From positions 531,664-595,663 of the forward strand of contig NMRA01000223.1 of the NCBI GenBank assembly GCA_002633005.1: a stretch of DNA of 64,000 nt, in the 5' to 3' direction. The position numbers and the translations under genes are program-made. This stretch comes from Phoronis australis. Taxonomy: Eukaryota > Animalia > Phoronida. The notes under the pieces are model-generated. The model searched no databases. It had not been told where the DNA came from and saw only the letters and a program-made list of their open reading frames with translations. Each line of letters opens with the position of its first letter. Position 1 is the stretch's first letter. Of the stretch, positions 22,801 to 37,200 are shown piece by piece.

Positions 22801-25800
22801 AAAGATCGACGATCACAATGAGTGCAACGGCGCCGGGACTCCGAGATGGTTGTTTAGCAATCTGAATTACAATGCAGGTAACGAGTTATTGTCTTGGGTC
22901 ATGAACTCACATCAAAATATAATACTTGAACCTTTTTGTCACTTTATTTTCTTCCCTTGTTTGCAAAGTTTAAGAACGCCGCCGGCGTCAAAACCCCCGC
23001 CTTCAGCGACTTTGTCTGCCGCGCTGAGTTTTCGTCTGCAGTGCACTAGATAAAATATATATTCGAAAAAATCAGGCCAGAGAAATGTGACAATTAAGGT
23101 GGGAAGCTCTCGTATTTTGAACAAATCTCAAAACTCAAGGAAAATTGTCAAATTCTCAATATTTTGATGAATATAACTGCCGGGTTATAGAGGATGTGGG
23201 GCGACCGAAGGGACAGTACAAGTGCCTTACTGGGTTACCGATTTCGTTGCTGCCTGTCGATTTCTGAATTCAAACGTTGGCAATAATGTATGTTTGTGTA
23301 TGATCTTGAAGTAATAAAAAACGGCTAGTCAAATTTTGTTTTTCGCTTATTGCATCTCAGTCAAACTGGTTAGCAGATTTAACTAATGTCGCTTGCAGTT
23401 CTTTACTATTCTTGCGTCAGCCTGCACGTAAGCGTGACTGTGTGAATTATCGTTTCCACATCCCCTTTTTAGCCATCCAGAATATTTTTGTTTATACATT
23501 GGCCATTTTCAGCCTGAACAAAAATTCTTATCATTCGAGTCTGAAATATCTACGACGTAGACTGTTTGATAGTGGGTAGGAGATTCACACAGCTAGTTAC
23601 AGGGATGGGCTTAGGGAGCATCGAGCCCGGAAATATGGCAATAGACTTGACATTGCAGTTTTGGGGAACATTGGCAACGGAGAAATATCTTAAAGAACTG
23701 GCTCTTTCGTAACAACAGCTTAAACGCTGTGTGACTGATTTGTAGTGGTGCACGTGCGCAAGCTCCCACACTTTGGAGTGCATGTTACCTTGACACCAAC
23801 ATGTGATTGACAGGTGACTCAGACGTAGGCCCTACGTGCGTGCTGAATACCGCCACTATCTTTGACCACAAAAAACGAGATGCATATTGAAAGAGGCCGT
23901 TATAATACTTGACGGCATTTCCAGGTAGGTAACCCGTGTAATTTAAGATGTATTTATTAGTTTACGAAGAGTATCGCCCGTATATATATACATACAAATT
24001 CAACAGACACAGAGTACGTCATCACTTCGTCTCGTTCTCAGTTGCGTCGCTTTATGAATATTCAGAGCAAGTCACTTAATCAAACCGGCATCCTTGTTTT
24101 TTTTAAAATGCACAGTGGTCTCGCAATCTTGATCTCAAGCAGCGGAACTGACAACTAATGATTGTATTAACACTCAAAAGCTATGGTAGTAAAACTGCAA
24201 AGATACAACAGCACCTTCTAAAACGGTGATATTCTTACAAATGACAGTTTTATGCTCAAAGTGATGTGTATTCAATTTAAAACGGCTATAAACCTTGTTC
24301 CCCGCTTTAATATTGGTCTCAATTTGTTCGTTACTCAGATGAATAGTGATTTTTGTTCTTGCAAAGAAATGACACACCGTGGCCTGAGTTTGGTCTGAAG
24401 AAATCACAAACCGCCAGTACTTCCCAAGATAGAAATTGAGTGATGAATTTTATAACGGTGAGTGGCGTAAATCATTCTTTTTGACAGAAAGCACGTGATC
24501 TGCCGCTTGACGTAAGACAGAAAAATAAGTAAAGAACGGACAAAAACTCAAACTACCGAGTTGAAGAGATGTAGATTTAAAAGACATTTTCACTTCGACT
24601 TTTGATAGTTTTATCCCCGACTGCCAATCTCTCTCAGAACCAAAATGTAAAGTATATCGTCAAACCAGAGGCGATTCCATCTTTTTGAGTGTTGGGGGTG
24701 AAACTGGACTTCTAAATTTAGTGTGATATTTATACTTGGCCAAAACGGAAAAATACGTAGAGTTTGAATTATTCCCCATTTCTATTCGTATTAAAACGTG
24801 ACTCCTCATGTTAATGCAAAGAACAGTTACTACATCTGTGCTCTATAGAGTGCTTGAAGCGTGACCCATTTTTACCTCATCTGGAAAAGTTCCAAATCAT
24901 ACCCCAACCTCCAGTTTAATGGCGTTTCAAATCTCGTCAATATTTTATCGGGCAGACAATTTTCAGACCGAAACTTACATCAATGAAAAATAGTAATTCC
25001 TTATCCCATTTTTGTACCTTCTTAATCTAAAGTGACATCTCTAATTTATACCAAAATGGTGAACAGCGACACAATGCTGTGCCAAAAATTAAAAAATATC
25101 GCCTCAGCGGCACTCCCCCTGACCACATTACATAGAATGCCCGCCTACAAGTTTCCAGTAGACGTGGGGATTAGGTGGACTGGAGGTAAAGTCAACTTCC
25201 TCACTCTTTGCGCCATGTGCAGTCACCAATACTATGATTACAAGTTCATTTCCAAGCTGTTGTCTTCAAATTAAGCCCACCCCCATTTGCCACCAGTTTC
25301 GCCCATGATGTAATTATATATTATTTCGCCCATTATATAATACATGTAGAGACAACCTGGTCTGAACTCCATATAATCTCGGGACGAAAAGTCGTATGCT
25401 GCTTTGGTTGCAATGCATGGCGATATCTCGCGAAGACTACAGGATCTTGCCCTTTCGCGCGGAGAGTATCACATGCCCAGTAATCACTTACTGTAGGTCT
25501 CCTGGACATAACTGTAAGACCACAAATTAAGTTAGATTGTATATTCGGGGTATCGACCAAAACTGTTTGAAAATCAACGAACGTTAACGACTACTGCGAA
25601 TCAGAAACTACTATTTGGTGATTGAAAACTATAGAAAATAAACGAACCGAGAACTTCTAAAAGATGTATCTCGATTTTGCTACTGGCTAACGCACGCAAA
25701 ATCTTTTTGCAAAGCGAATGTCTACTTCAACTTAAAAGTGGCAGTCTACGCAAAATCTGTCCGATCACGATGATTTTAAGTGACAGAATATCAGGTCATC

Positions 25801-25891
25801 TGCTGAACTGCGTTCACTTGTTGTGCTACACACACAAACAGTGACTTGGGTAACAAAAAGGAACTTTTTACTAAAGCGTTACTTCAATGTC

Positions 25892-26013
25892 CAGGGGCGG
25901 GTCCAGGATTTTGACTTAGGGCATGGGGGACCAGGGGAGAGTATTAGCCAGGATTTCGCACGAGAATCTTAGGAGGGGCCATGACCCCATGGCCCTCCTT
26001 AAATCTGACACTG
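25892..26013. mobile_element. MITE of the CAG-ended, 5-bp-TSD family
   Basis: CAGGGGCGGGTCCAGGATTTT...TAAATCTGACACTG; flanks atgtc / atatc. Confidence 0.75.
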
Positions 26014-29000
26014 ATATCACATGTTTATGCTGTTTTTCAGCGCCGGCCGATGCATGCCAGCGTTTTCGAAGACTGCCAATTAACAACTTTCCAGCTGTTT
26101 TGTGATTGAAATGTCGAAAAAAAAAATTTGGGCCATGCATCGCCGTTTTGTTTCTAAAAAAATCATAATGGTCACAAACGGAGGTTGCGAAGGTAGGTAA
26201 AGTAAGATGACGGTAAAATCCGACTTGCGTACTGTGGACTCGAGAACCTCGATCGCGAAAATGCAAGATTAAGGGAAGACTTTGCGAGATATTGCCATGC
26301 ATTGCGAACGAAGTACATGATCACAGTAGCTTCCATCCCGAGATTCGTGCGGCCGAGAAATACGCGTAGTGCTTAGTAAATTTAACCCAGGTGAATACTA
26401 GCTCCTTTTTGCGTTCTGTAAGCATTTTTGGCGAGTGTTCAACCCCTCGAGTGTTGAACCCATCAGTATTGTACGTACGAATGCAAACGTAAGCCACGTA
26501 AAGTAAACACACGGAAATTGACGAACATCATGTTTGCGAATCAATCATGGAAGTTAGCGGGTTTGCTCTCAAACTCGTCAATTCGAATTGAAAAGTAATT
26601 TGCACGCTAAGTACAAGCACACGTACATGTATGCCTTGATTCGAGCTTGCACGAACAACAACAATCGTCACTTAAAGATCTCGTCATCTCTTATGTTTTT
26701 TCTTTGTGCTTTGATGCAACCAGCTGAAAAAGTATGTCATAAATTTATTGTAAAATAATGCATTCAACAACTCCGGAAGCTGTTAATTAGAGGACAAGAA
26801 TTTATAACAACTGCGAACGTGGATAGAGGCAGAAAGAGTAGGTTGTTTACATTCGTCATTAACCAACCAATCGAAACTACCGTGAAACGGTCTCAATAAA
26901 TATTGATGTTTGCTGTTGGAACGCGTTAACGGAAACTGCCACGCAAAAATCGAACATCCGTTCAATTAACTCTAAAGGGCAATTATATTTGTCGATGCGT
27001 ACTTAAGGTCTGAAGACATAGTCGATATATTATCTGAGGAAGACAAATTACGTGCCTCAATTTTCATTAAATTGCTTTGCAGTTTCAAATCATTGTGTAT
27101 CTCTGGGAGTTATCACCAATTTTCACAGTTTGTGAAGTCATTCATGAAAACATACTAGGACTCTACAAGAGTTCCATGGTGAAAGGCTCTGGTGAGCAAA
27201 GTTCACCCAAATAGCGGTAAGCGTGTTCAGGCGCTATGATTTGATGTATTAGGCACTTTTTCGTGTGTTTATGCACTGCCCCCACTGTTTTTGTGAACTG
27301 AACAATTTGCTTTTCGTATGCCTAAAATAACGCTCTGAAAGTGCAATAAATTCACATTTTACTGAAACGTTCACCTAAAGTTGTTTCAATACAGGGATCA
27401 TTTTGGAGAAACGTGGGTATACAGGTGAATTGACCCATTCGCCCTCATTTGTATGGGCTAATTTCGAGGACTACGTTTTTAGTCCTTTGCTTCCAACTTT
27501 AGTGGGCTCGTTAACCCGTGTTAAGAACTGGCAGTGCCTCAGTGAAGTTATTTTGCGCCAATGACGCGGGACTCTCGTATAAAATTATCCCTGCAATACA
27601 TACAACTCCGTTTTTTTACCATAATTCGTAATCTATGTCCACAAATGGCCAACCAAATGGCCAACCCCTGCGACGCTTGTGTAAGCACAAATAGGTTCTC
27701 TCACATAGTTTGAAATCATCATTTTCGTGCAATAAAATTGGATCCATCGTTCCCTTTTTCTCCTTTCACCCTCTTCCCCCCTCTCTCTGTCCCCCTCCGC
27801 TCTCAGTTAAAAAACATTTCGTCGAACACCACTTAGACATAATCGGCGTATTGCTATGCAATGGGGTATTTGTAACACTGAGCTATGAAAGTAAAGCTGG
27901 GACCGAAAGGAACCCTCGTGTCTGTCAAGAATTGCTCGTATTATTTGCAAATGAGCCTCAATGTAATTTTGTTAGTAATCAGTCTCTGAACTGCTTTGTA
28001 GACAGATTAGACTTGTCTCGTGGCCATGACATCATATAAACTCCCTTTGTCCTTATGCAATAACGAAGTAGCCCGCCTCTCTTCTGTGTCCTTAATAACT
28101 TATAGTGCCATTGCCCACGTTTTGTTTTATCAATAATTGTCTCAATTTGTTTTATCGACCTTTTACAAGCGATAACAATCACTTCTGGATTACGACCAAT
28201 GGAATCCGTTGCATTTCCATTCAAATCCTTATAGATTAATACGCCCCATTTCGTTTATTTTATCGACAGAATGGATAAGAGGTTCTCTACTTGGAACTAA
28301 CGCCAAAGGACGGATTTATGAATTACGCCTTTAACGATAGTATTTTTGATTCATTGTACATAAAAATGGATCTAAAACACAAACCGATTATACAAAACGT
28401 GTTGGCCAATTATGGTCTTTTATGACATCAAAATTTTGAAATAGAATTTTTAAGACAATTATTGGCAAGAAACGCGTGAATTTGAACCTGGAATCCACCT
28501 ATAATGACCCTTGACTCTTTAATCTTTAAATTTCTAGTGGTGTACTAACAACATGGTGGCCCCATTTGAAACATTACGAACTTTTAATTTTATGAACAGA
28601 TAGTAAATTGTAACGTAAACACAAAGAAGGAACGTGTAATGTATGCATCGTTCTGTAGAATCATCTTTAAACAGATTAGACTCGTTTTCTTAACTGGTGT
28701 AAATAAGACAGTGGATAACTTTAAGGGATACTGTATCGGAAAGACACCCGTTACACGATTACGATACACTTACTGGCCATTGCTTAAGTGAGTGAGTGAC
28801 TGCTGTAAGCACCAAAGCTATATAAAGGTGCCCATCTGGGACAGCTTGGGCATTTTTGTAATCTTAAATTTCCTCTCAGAGGTGAACGTTATCTACGCAT
28901 GTGCGGACACTGTTGATCATTCTCCAGTTTGAAAGTCACGTGACTTGCTGCGTGAGTGAAATCCGCACACGCGCAGGGAAATTTGAAGCAAGGAAAATAT

Positions 29001-31086
29001 CCAAGGTGATAAGGGTCAACTTAAATGTGGAAACAAAATCACTATGGCTTGCAGGATTTATAGTCCTGCAGCAAAATTCAAGAAAGTTGCATTCTCGGGT
29101 GTCCGTCAAAACCGAAGAAATCTGTCTTTTCTTGACAGTTACAAAAATGTGCCTAAGGTTGATTAATGGACGTAAGATGGATAAAAAGGCTACCAAGGTG
29201 TAGATAAAAGAGCTTTGCGATCACGCCTCGTGTGAAAAAACATATCATGATGGCAAGCGTTTTCTGGGAGTTTAAATAGTAAATCTTGGTGGTCTTCACT
29301 TGGAGGAAACCATAGTACACGGGTGCATACACAGAGAATCTCAAAGAACACCGTTACAGTGTTATGCTCCTCCACAAATGGAAGCGTGTCGTGCCCTGTA
29401 GCATGACGAAGGAAGACCCTCACAAGTATCGCAACAAAAGAACCCATCACCTCGTCGCCAGTGACAAAATCACATCCATCCTTTCCCGTTCAGATCACCA
29501 TCTCGTGATAAAAATTAACAAACGGGACTCAGCTGTTGATATTTACTACTCCGACAATGAGTGAAGACGGCCATCAAGAAATGACTTCGTAACTGTCAAC
29601 CACTGGGTTTTACGAAGCTCTAAAGGGCGAAAATGACAAAATTTTTACGTTAATTGGAAACACGCTGTTCTTTATATTGATTGGGATGTAATTAAGTTTG
29701 GGGCATTGCTCTTCGATTTATAAACGCGATCCAGACAAACAATACTCAAATGGTACATGTATAACTCTGGTACCAGCGAAGACGAACGAGACTTCCGCTC
29801 AACGGCCAATAACCGACAGCAATCCGTGCACTTGGAACGTAATGATGCCACAGGTAATGTTAAACAGTGAAGAACAACTATGAAACCACCACTTTTCAGA
29901 TGTACATGGTTAACAACGCTTTTTATTGTCATTTAAAATACCCTTACACACACTACATAATGGTTAGAATCACTTTGCCGTCTAGTTGCTGATCGGATCA
30001 CCGAGTTCATGAATTTTACGATCCGGACATGTCAAGTCACTCTGCTTTCAAAATTCTAGTATTAACCACCGTGTGGAACACCAGCGAAGTGCGTTCTATT
30101 TTTCTTACTGTATTATTAATTTTATCACAACATCATTTTAATTGCATGATCCCGAGCATGTCACTTCATTTCTTATGGAATCAATATTTCATCAGAATGT
30201 TTTGTTTTCCCTAAGTCATCCGATCTAAGCCACTCGTTCGTCATACTGTTAGAGAAACATTATCACGACGCAACTCTTGGCACGTGACCGTGTGTAAGTA
30301 TACATGTAAGTAGTTTCCATAGTTCGAAACCCCCAGTTATGAGCCTCATTTTATTCATGTCTTTTCCTCTGCTCATGGATTGGCCATTAATAATTCTCAT
30401 CATTTACATCTGCGTGAATCGAACCTTAGGGAGTACGCGCCAACAATTCTTGGGCTAACAATAGGCGCTTCTAGTTCCAATCACTTGTCTGCAAATCAGC
30501 AGTTTTGAGGTGACACGGGTCGGTAGGTAAAATTTGTTTAGTCTCATTATTCGGTGAAAATAATGATGAAGTTCACTATTCTAGGACAAATTAGGACACT
30601 TATGTGGTCATAGAACACTAGATTCGATTTGATGTTTCGACGTGGTATAATTTTCAGAATCTTCACCAAAGTTTCATGTCACTGGTCGGCCTCTGAGTCC
30701 ATGAAGGCGCGACTACGTTTATGAGGTTTAACGGTCACTGCACACGGAGAGCTGCCGAGCTGGGCTGCTGCCTGATGTGAAAATGGCTGAAAAGACAGCC
30801 CACGTCAAGAAGTGATAATAAGGCAACAATGCCATCGAAAGAACTTGTCGCTACGTCATTCAGTAATCCTCGCCTTGATATGAGTTGCCAGATTAGCCAC
30901 CGTTGAGTTGAGGCAGACAGCTCAGCAGTAGCTCTCCGTCTGCGGTAGTGCTAATGAGATTGTCTGCACAGCACCGTTCTCAACGTTGAAGTTACGGAGA
31001 TGTGAGCTCAATAATTAGGGAGATGTAAACTGAATGTTCGTGTCTAAAACACATCAACGTTAATGCCGTGAGCATTACTTTAGTAA

Positions 31087-31230
31087 CAGTGGGCGCCGCA
31101 CCATAGGGGGCTGGGGGCTATAGCCCACCCACTTATTTCAGTGCTTCGCCGCTCATGGACATGGGCGGCGCACCATATAGGGGGCTGGGGGTCTATAGCC
31201 CCCTCTTATCTCAGTGCTGTGGCGCCCATG
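31087..31230. mobile_element. Head-to-tail dimer of a ~70-bp TIR mini-element, flanked by TAA/TAA
   Basis: Two similar units (CA[G]TGGGCG..GCACCATAGGGGGCTGGGGG..CTATAGCCC..CTTAT.TCAGTGCT..CGC.CATG); TAA on both outer sides. Confidence 0.65.
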
Positions 31231-34061
31231 TAAGTGCCACTTTTGATGTTATTATTACATTTATTGCGGCACATTTCCGTCACCATTACTATCCAGAGTG
31301 TTGAAAAATTAGTCCTTGTGCGTCATTGTTGATGAAGAGTTATATGTCTTACATTGATCTACCTTGCTCGCTATACTAGCCGGAAAATCGGCCATACGAC
31401 GTCAGAATAAGATAAAATACTGAACGAAGTGGTTCATTTAAGGAATTCAATCGGTTTTATGACAGGCTGACTATATTTTGAGATCATCATTGGATAGGAT
31501 AGACGTGTAACTTTGACCAGGGCAATTAAAACAAAATTCGTTGTTTTCGTTATTTTGTTACAAATCGACTATTCCCGACATTAACTCAGGAAATCGAAGA
31601 TAGCAACATTATCTGTAAAAATAGCATCTAGTCCTGTTTTGCTGTCTAAAAACGAAAATCGAAGAAGACATTTTACGTAATTAAATCAAGTCTCGTAATA
31701 TTCCTTACAGTAACTGTGGTAGGTTTCATTTCTGTTTCCATCTCAAGTCACAGGCAATGCGTACTTGCGTCACTTTCGAATTTTTAGGATTGGTTACCCC
31801 ATTAGTCTGAAGCGCTTTTTGAGTCGCTGATAGTTTCGACGTTGTTGTTGATATCGGTAATACAAATATAACCCTGTCACCGTAAGGAATATTTTAAAGT
31901 TGATTTTATGAGACTACAAAATCTTAGTTCGATTTTTGTTTTAGCCAACTAAACAAGGCGTAATGAAACCTTGAATACTAGGGTCATAGTATTGGGCTAC
32001 TAACCATGTTGGCTTTTGACACTACAACAGAGCGATATCTTGGGGCTGAACCCAACTACTAAGAAGCCACAGAAAACAGGAAGTGCCAACTTACTTTATT
32101 TTCAGTGCTCTAGTTTTTGTGACCGTCACAATATTAAATCAAAACATTTGACGCGGCCCATTGTGTGAACTTTAAGGGGATGTCCCAAGGTAATTCTCAT
32201 GTTGCCAAAACACCTCCCAGTATAGCTTATGTCGGCTGACTGCGGCAGAGTGAGATCGAAATTTCGTGTCTCATTTTCTTAGCCATTAATTTCAATTTTA
32301 GGAATTCAAACGCTTACTGTGTAAGTTTAAAGCTATTTTCTTTCTTGTCTATTGATTCAGACAATTTTACACAACGCTACCCATTTCGCCTCTCGATTCC
32401 AATTCCAAAGGAAACATTGGTGTCGTTGGGCTCTTTAAACGCATTGATTTCCAAAAGAAAGCTGAGAGGGCTAAATAAACAACTCGTTATGCGCACCGTA
32501 TATTACTGAAACAGAGCCCAAGCTTGATTATGTATAATCAGAAAATGACACAGCTTTGTTCGTCTTCCTTCCTCAATTAATACGCACCTGTATTCCCCGC
32601 AGCCGTCATGTGAAGCACTGGAAATAAACGATAGCAATATTCGTGTATTTCATATAAATTATACGTACACGTACACCCAACTACACGGCTATGGGTTTTA
32701 GTGGCAGAGCTTGTTTTTAGATCTCCTGGTTATTTCATAAAGCTCTGCCTTAGAAATTCTACTACAAAGAATGATGTTTTATTTTTAATCATAGTTTCGA
32801 TTATAACGTGTCATACATTTATTTTTTATACAGGCGCGGATGTAAGGGGTACGCCCTCTCGGTCGTTCACTTACATTGCTATAACGGTCAGATCTCCATC
32901 ACTCGTATTGTTTGCCCCTTGTCGAACCCCTGAAAAAATCTTGGATCGGCGGCTGCAATGATACCAGGGTTGATTCATACATTTTGGAAATATTTCAACA
33001 ACAATTTGCTAAAGCGCGCTAAAGTTTTTAACAGGAGTCACTAATAATTTTCCTGGATAAGTCATTCATGTTGTGCTTGAATAAACACATGTATAGTTCA
33101 AAGTGTAATTATGACTGCATAAGATAAAGCCAACACTCATCTGTGTCTAGGAGTCTTCACGATATATGTACGTAGTGCTCAGCCGGCCCTTTTCCAGGAG
33201 ACGTTTATAACCGCACGGTGTTTCTCAACATCATGTCATGTGGTTCTAATTGCTATTTATTTGTTTATTCATTTTGATGACGTGTATTCACGAGTGAACA
33301 TAAAATACAAGACAAACGTGAACATTCACAGCCACTTGGACTCATATGCTACTTTAGGATCATTTCTGTAAGTCAGCAGTACATTTCCGTTTTCTTCTGA
33401 TTTCTATTACTTTTGAATGATATTTAAGCATATGCACAATTAAGGGTAGCTTCGCTTGGGAACTATCTTCTAAGTGGTCTTATTTACTATAAACAAAAAC
33501 AAAGCGATTCTCAACTTCTTCTTCACTCTCATTACAAACTATAACCGACCATCATTCTGGGTCCCATCGAAACTGACCGTCTCGATTTCCAAAGATAGCA
33601 GCGCACCAGATCTTAAGGCGGAGGAGAGGGGAAACACGAGTTTCACACAGTAATCAAGTTTAAACGTTGCACAATTGTTCCTAGCCTTGGCTTGGTATCA
33701 ACGATATCTTCCGAAGCTTAACAACTGCTTTATCATTTACATCGTTTAATACCGTAATGACACAGCACACGTCTTCAGAAAAGCATGTGATACCCGTGAC
33801 TACTAGTGTCTTACTCAACCATGAGGCAAATGAAAGGAACTAAAAAACCAATTGGATCATTTGAATGGCCTATCTCTGTAAAGCACGTGTATGTATGGAC
33901 CAAAATAAAGACTGAGTGATACGCGGCCATCTCACACCTAAATGCTGCATGTGTATTACCGCTATAACCGGCGGATGTAGAATATAAGGGTGTTGTCCGA
34001 CTAGGGTATCCAACGGATAGACGATGGCCCCAAGTAGGTAACTGTTTCTGTGGTCATGGTC

Positions 34062-34218
34062 CAGGGGAGGATCCAGGATTTTTATTTAGGGGGGGAAGGG
34101 CAGAGAATTAGCCAGGATTTTGCCCGTCAGACGGCGCACCCCCGAACTGCCAAATGGAATCTGGGAGAGTTTTAGGGGGGGGCATGGCCCCCTTGGCTCC
34201 CCTCTAAATCCGCCACTG
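34062..34218. mobile_element. MITE of the CAG-ended, 5-bp-TSD family (best preserved copy)
   Basis: CAGGGGAGGATCCAGGATTTT...TAAATCCGCCACTG; perfect flanking duplication tggtc / tggtc. Confidence 0.85.
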
Positions 34219-37200
34219 TGGTCCACAATGCCTTGGCGTGTGTGGTATTATTAACTGCAAGTTCAACACATCATCTCATTGGCTTATTTCAAACACCAAG
34301 TGTCGCAATTTTCTAATAGTTGATTTCGGGGAACACCAAACTCTTTTCCGCCTGTGCAAGAACGAACGAGGCTGTGGTGGAGTATATGAACAGTTAGGTG
34401 TTCCTATAACTTTTTCTGCTTTCGTAAAGTTGTGTGTTGGAGTGTTTTACCCGCCACAGTCTAGTATGTTTTTTGAACTGAAACCTGATATAATTCAGCG
34501 TTCCATGGAAGAAACTACAGTAACTTTTGATTCAAACACCTTACAAGTGCACTCCGACAATGATTCTGTCTCCTCCATAGACCAGCTCGATTAACAGTTC
34601 GCTATTTCTTGACACCATGATAAGCGCATAAAATGACACGCCGTGACAAATCAGGTTGTTGGCCTTGGTCCCGAGCTGTCATTTTTTACAAACCCAGAAA
34701 CTACTGTACTTCAAATTTGGCGAACTGGGCAAAAAGGTCCGCCTCAGTGAAACAAAAAGTCCGAGTAAACGAGACAAAAGTTCACAAAGTTCATGGGAAT
34801 TCGGTGCGGATGCACGATTAGCAGGCCTGAAACCTAGTGGCCCCGTTTTTTTTAGTCGTCGTTGATATCTTTCAGTATAAGGTCCGCATATCGAAGAATA
34901 CGAGCCTCCCTATATTTTAGGCTGGGTGCGCGCATGCGTGTCCACTCTAGAAATTCTTAGGTTGACATAAGAATATCGCGAAGGAAGCTTGTGTGACAAC
35001 GTGTCTTCCATATACAAAGTGATTTCTCGCGAAGTCTTGCGTGATGTTGCACTTTCTGCCAGGATCTCACCTGTACGAAACGCGCGCCTTCAACCTGTCT
35101 CTCCAGTGACTTTTATTTTTTGACTTTCGGCTAAAAATTCAGTATATTGTCTCATTGCTTGGCCTGTTACGTGTAATCAGGCTTACGGCTGAAAGTCAGA
35201 AAATCTGCCTACAACTCGAAGTCAAGAGCCGTTAAAAACTTGTCTTATGTAACAAACTGAAGACAGAACGTTTTGAGAAATGCAAAAAACTTTTGATTAT
35301 TCGTTGTCAGATGTTTACTTTTAGCTAAAGTTCAAAGATAAAGCCAATATACTTGTTGACCCTTTTTGCGCCACTTGGGTCAGATGAGAGCGCTTTGAAG
35401 GAACATTATTTTACGGTTTGCGATTTGTGGATTATCCGTCATTCAGATCACCTGTTGTGTGGAAATGTTAGATTGGGATCGCTCCCTTTTTCATTGGGTG
35501 GTATCTTTGTGCTTTATATGACCGGAGGAGAGTTCAGTAACGGGCTGGCAGCGAGAAAAATCGAGCCAAAATCATTGTGCATGGAAGTACACGGAGAAAT
35601 CCGGAATCTCACGACGTCTTGTTCTTGCGAGACGCTGGCTAGTGAGGGCTCCAGATATTACACAATCTATTGAAACGGGACGTATACTTATATTGTAAAT
35701 AGGTGTATTCGTATCACAGCTGTACGCTGCTGCAAGGCTATAAACCCACTTTCCGGGACACTTTAATAAATAATTAACCTTTGTGAAATTGTCTTTTTTC
35801 AAAATCGGTGTGTTTTATGGGCTTATGAAGAGCTGATAGTCCGTCATTGCTCCAGATCAGATTCTACTAGTTGACTAATTGTCACGGCGTGTAACTCTGA
35901 TTACGGATTAGTGTCGCGAAGAAGCGAATTGCTAATTCTTTGGAAGACCGAAATCAGGTGAGTTTATTTAGACATTCGTAGTGCTAGTAAAATTAACGGG
36001 TCCATGGTAAGTTAAAATGCTGACACCAATGAGTACCTGTGGAGAGATATATCGTTCTTTTCTTGCCAGTCTCAGATTAGAAGCGTTTATCTACATGTGT
36101 ACTTACGTCAAACATACATTTGTCTTTAACTTCACGGAAGAAGAGTATCGCATTCAGGATGTGACAGGTAGCAAATTTAAACGTTACCCATAACGAAGAA
36201 GTACAGTCAGGCTAGGCACTAAGTTAAAAAGGTCTTTGAAATTGATTTCTGGAATCTCCCAAAAACCCAATGAATATAACAACGACATGTGTCTGTCAAA
36301 TATAGCAAAACAGTCTCTCGATGCTGTGCAGTTCATAAACTCACCGACAGGATGCGCTACAAAGATGTGCAAGAGTGCCATCAGTGTCGAACGTGTTTGT
36401 TCAGGAAAATTCTCCCTGTCTGAACGAATGACACTTGTATTGCGACAACATTTTTTTTGCAAGTCTCTCAACCATGACAACTTGACACCTGTCTTATTAT
36501 TTATTGTAGAGCTAGGGAAAGAAATACGTATCGCAATGTGATTTTTGGAACAAATTTGGTTTACGCGAGGCTGAGTAAATCTCTTTAAAACATCACGTAT
36601 CCCAAGAGCACTACTGCAGAGGAACCCGTTCTCTAGAAAGCAGTGTTTCTGGTGTGATGCAAACTCGTTTGCATTTTAATACCCGCGTGACACACGTTAG
36701 ATGTCGGCCCCATAGACATCATAAGATGTCTTTGGTCGGAGGTCTCTAGGCGCACGTGCCTGCAAAAACTCAGTTCATTTGCTGCGACTCCGGCTCAAAG
36801 TCATAAGCGGAAGGCGAATCTTCGTGGAGTTTTTGGCGGCCGGTGGGCGAGGTGCTGGCGACGGGGGTTTGTGAACGGATGTACGTAAGAGATTTCTTGA
36901 TACCCGTGCATATGCTAACAGAAAGGACGGATATCACCTGGTAACTTCGTGTATACTCGAGACGAACATATTGCAGACGGCTATATTCCCTGAAGACAAC
37001 TTAGGCTGTCCGTATCAATTACTCGATCATTGGCCAACACGATCAATTTACATCTAAAGCCACATTGCTTAAAGAACATATTGACTACGGCAAAGGACTT
37101 CTAAAAAGCTGTGGTCAGGAAACCTTAAGAAATTTATTGACAATAAATTCTACAGGTGAATGTAGCGTAGTTCCGTCGAACTTTTAGAAGTAACGCGTAA

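Noticed and set aside
32831-32955. Possible sixth member of the 5-bp-TSD MITE family
   Set aside because: TIR-like ends are present but the interior differs and the flanks (ttata / caatg) are not duplicated.
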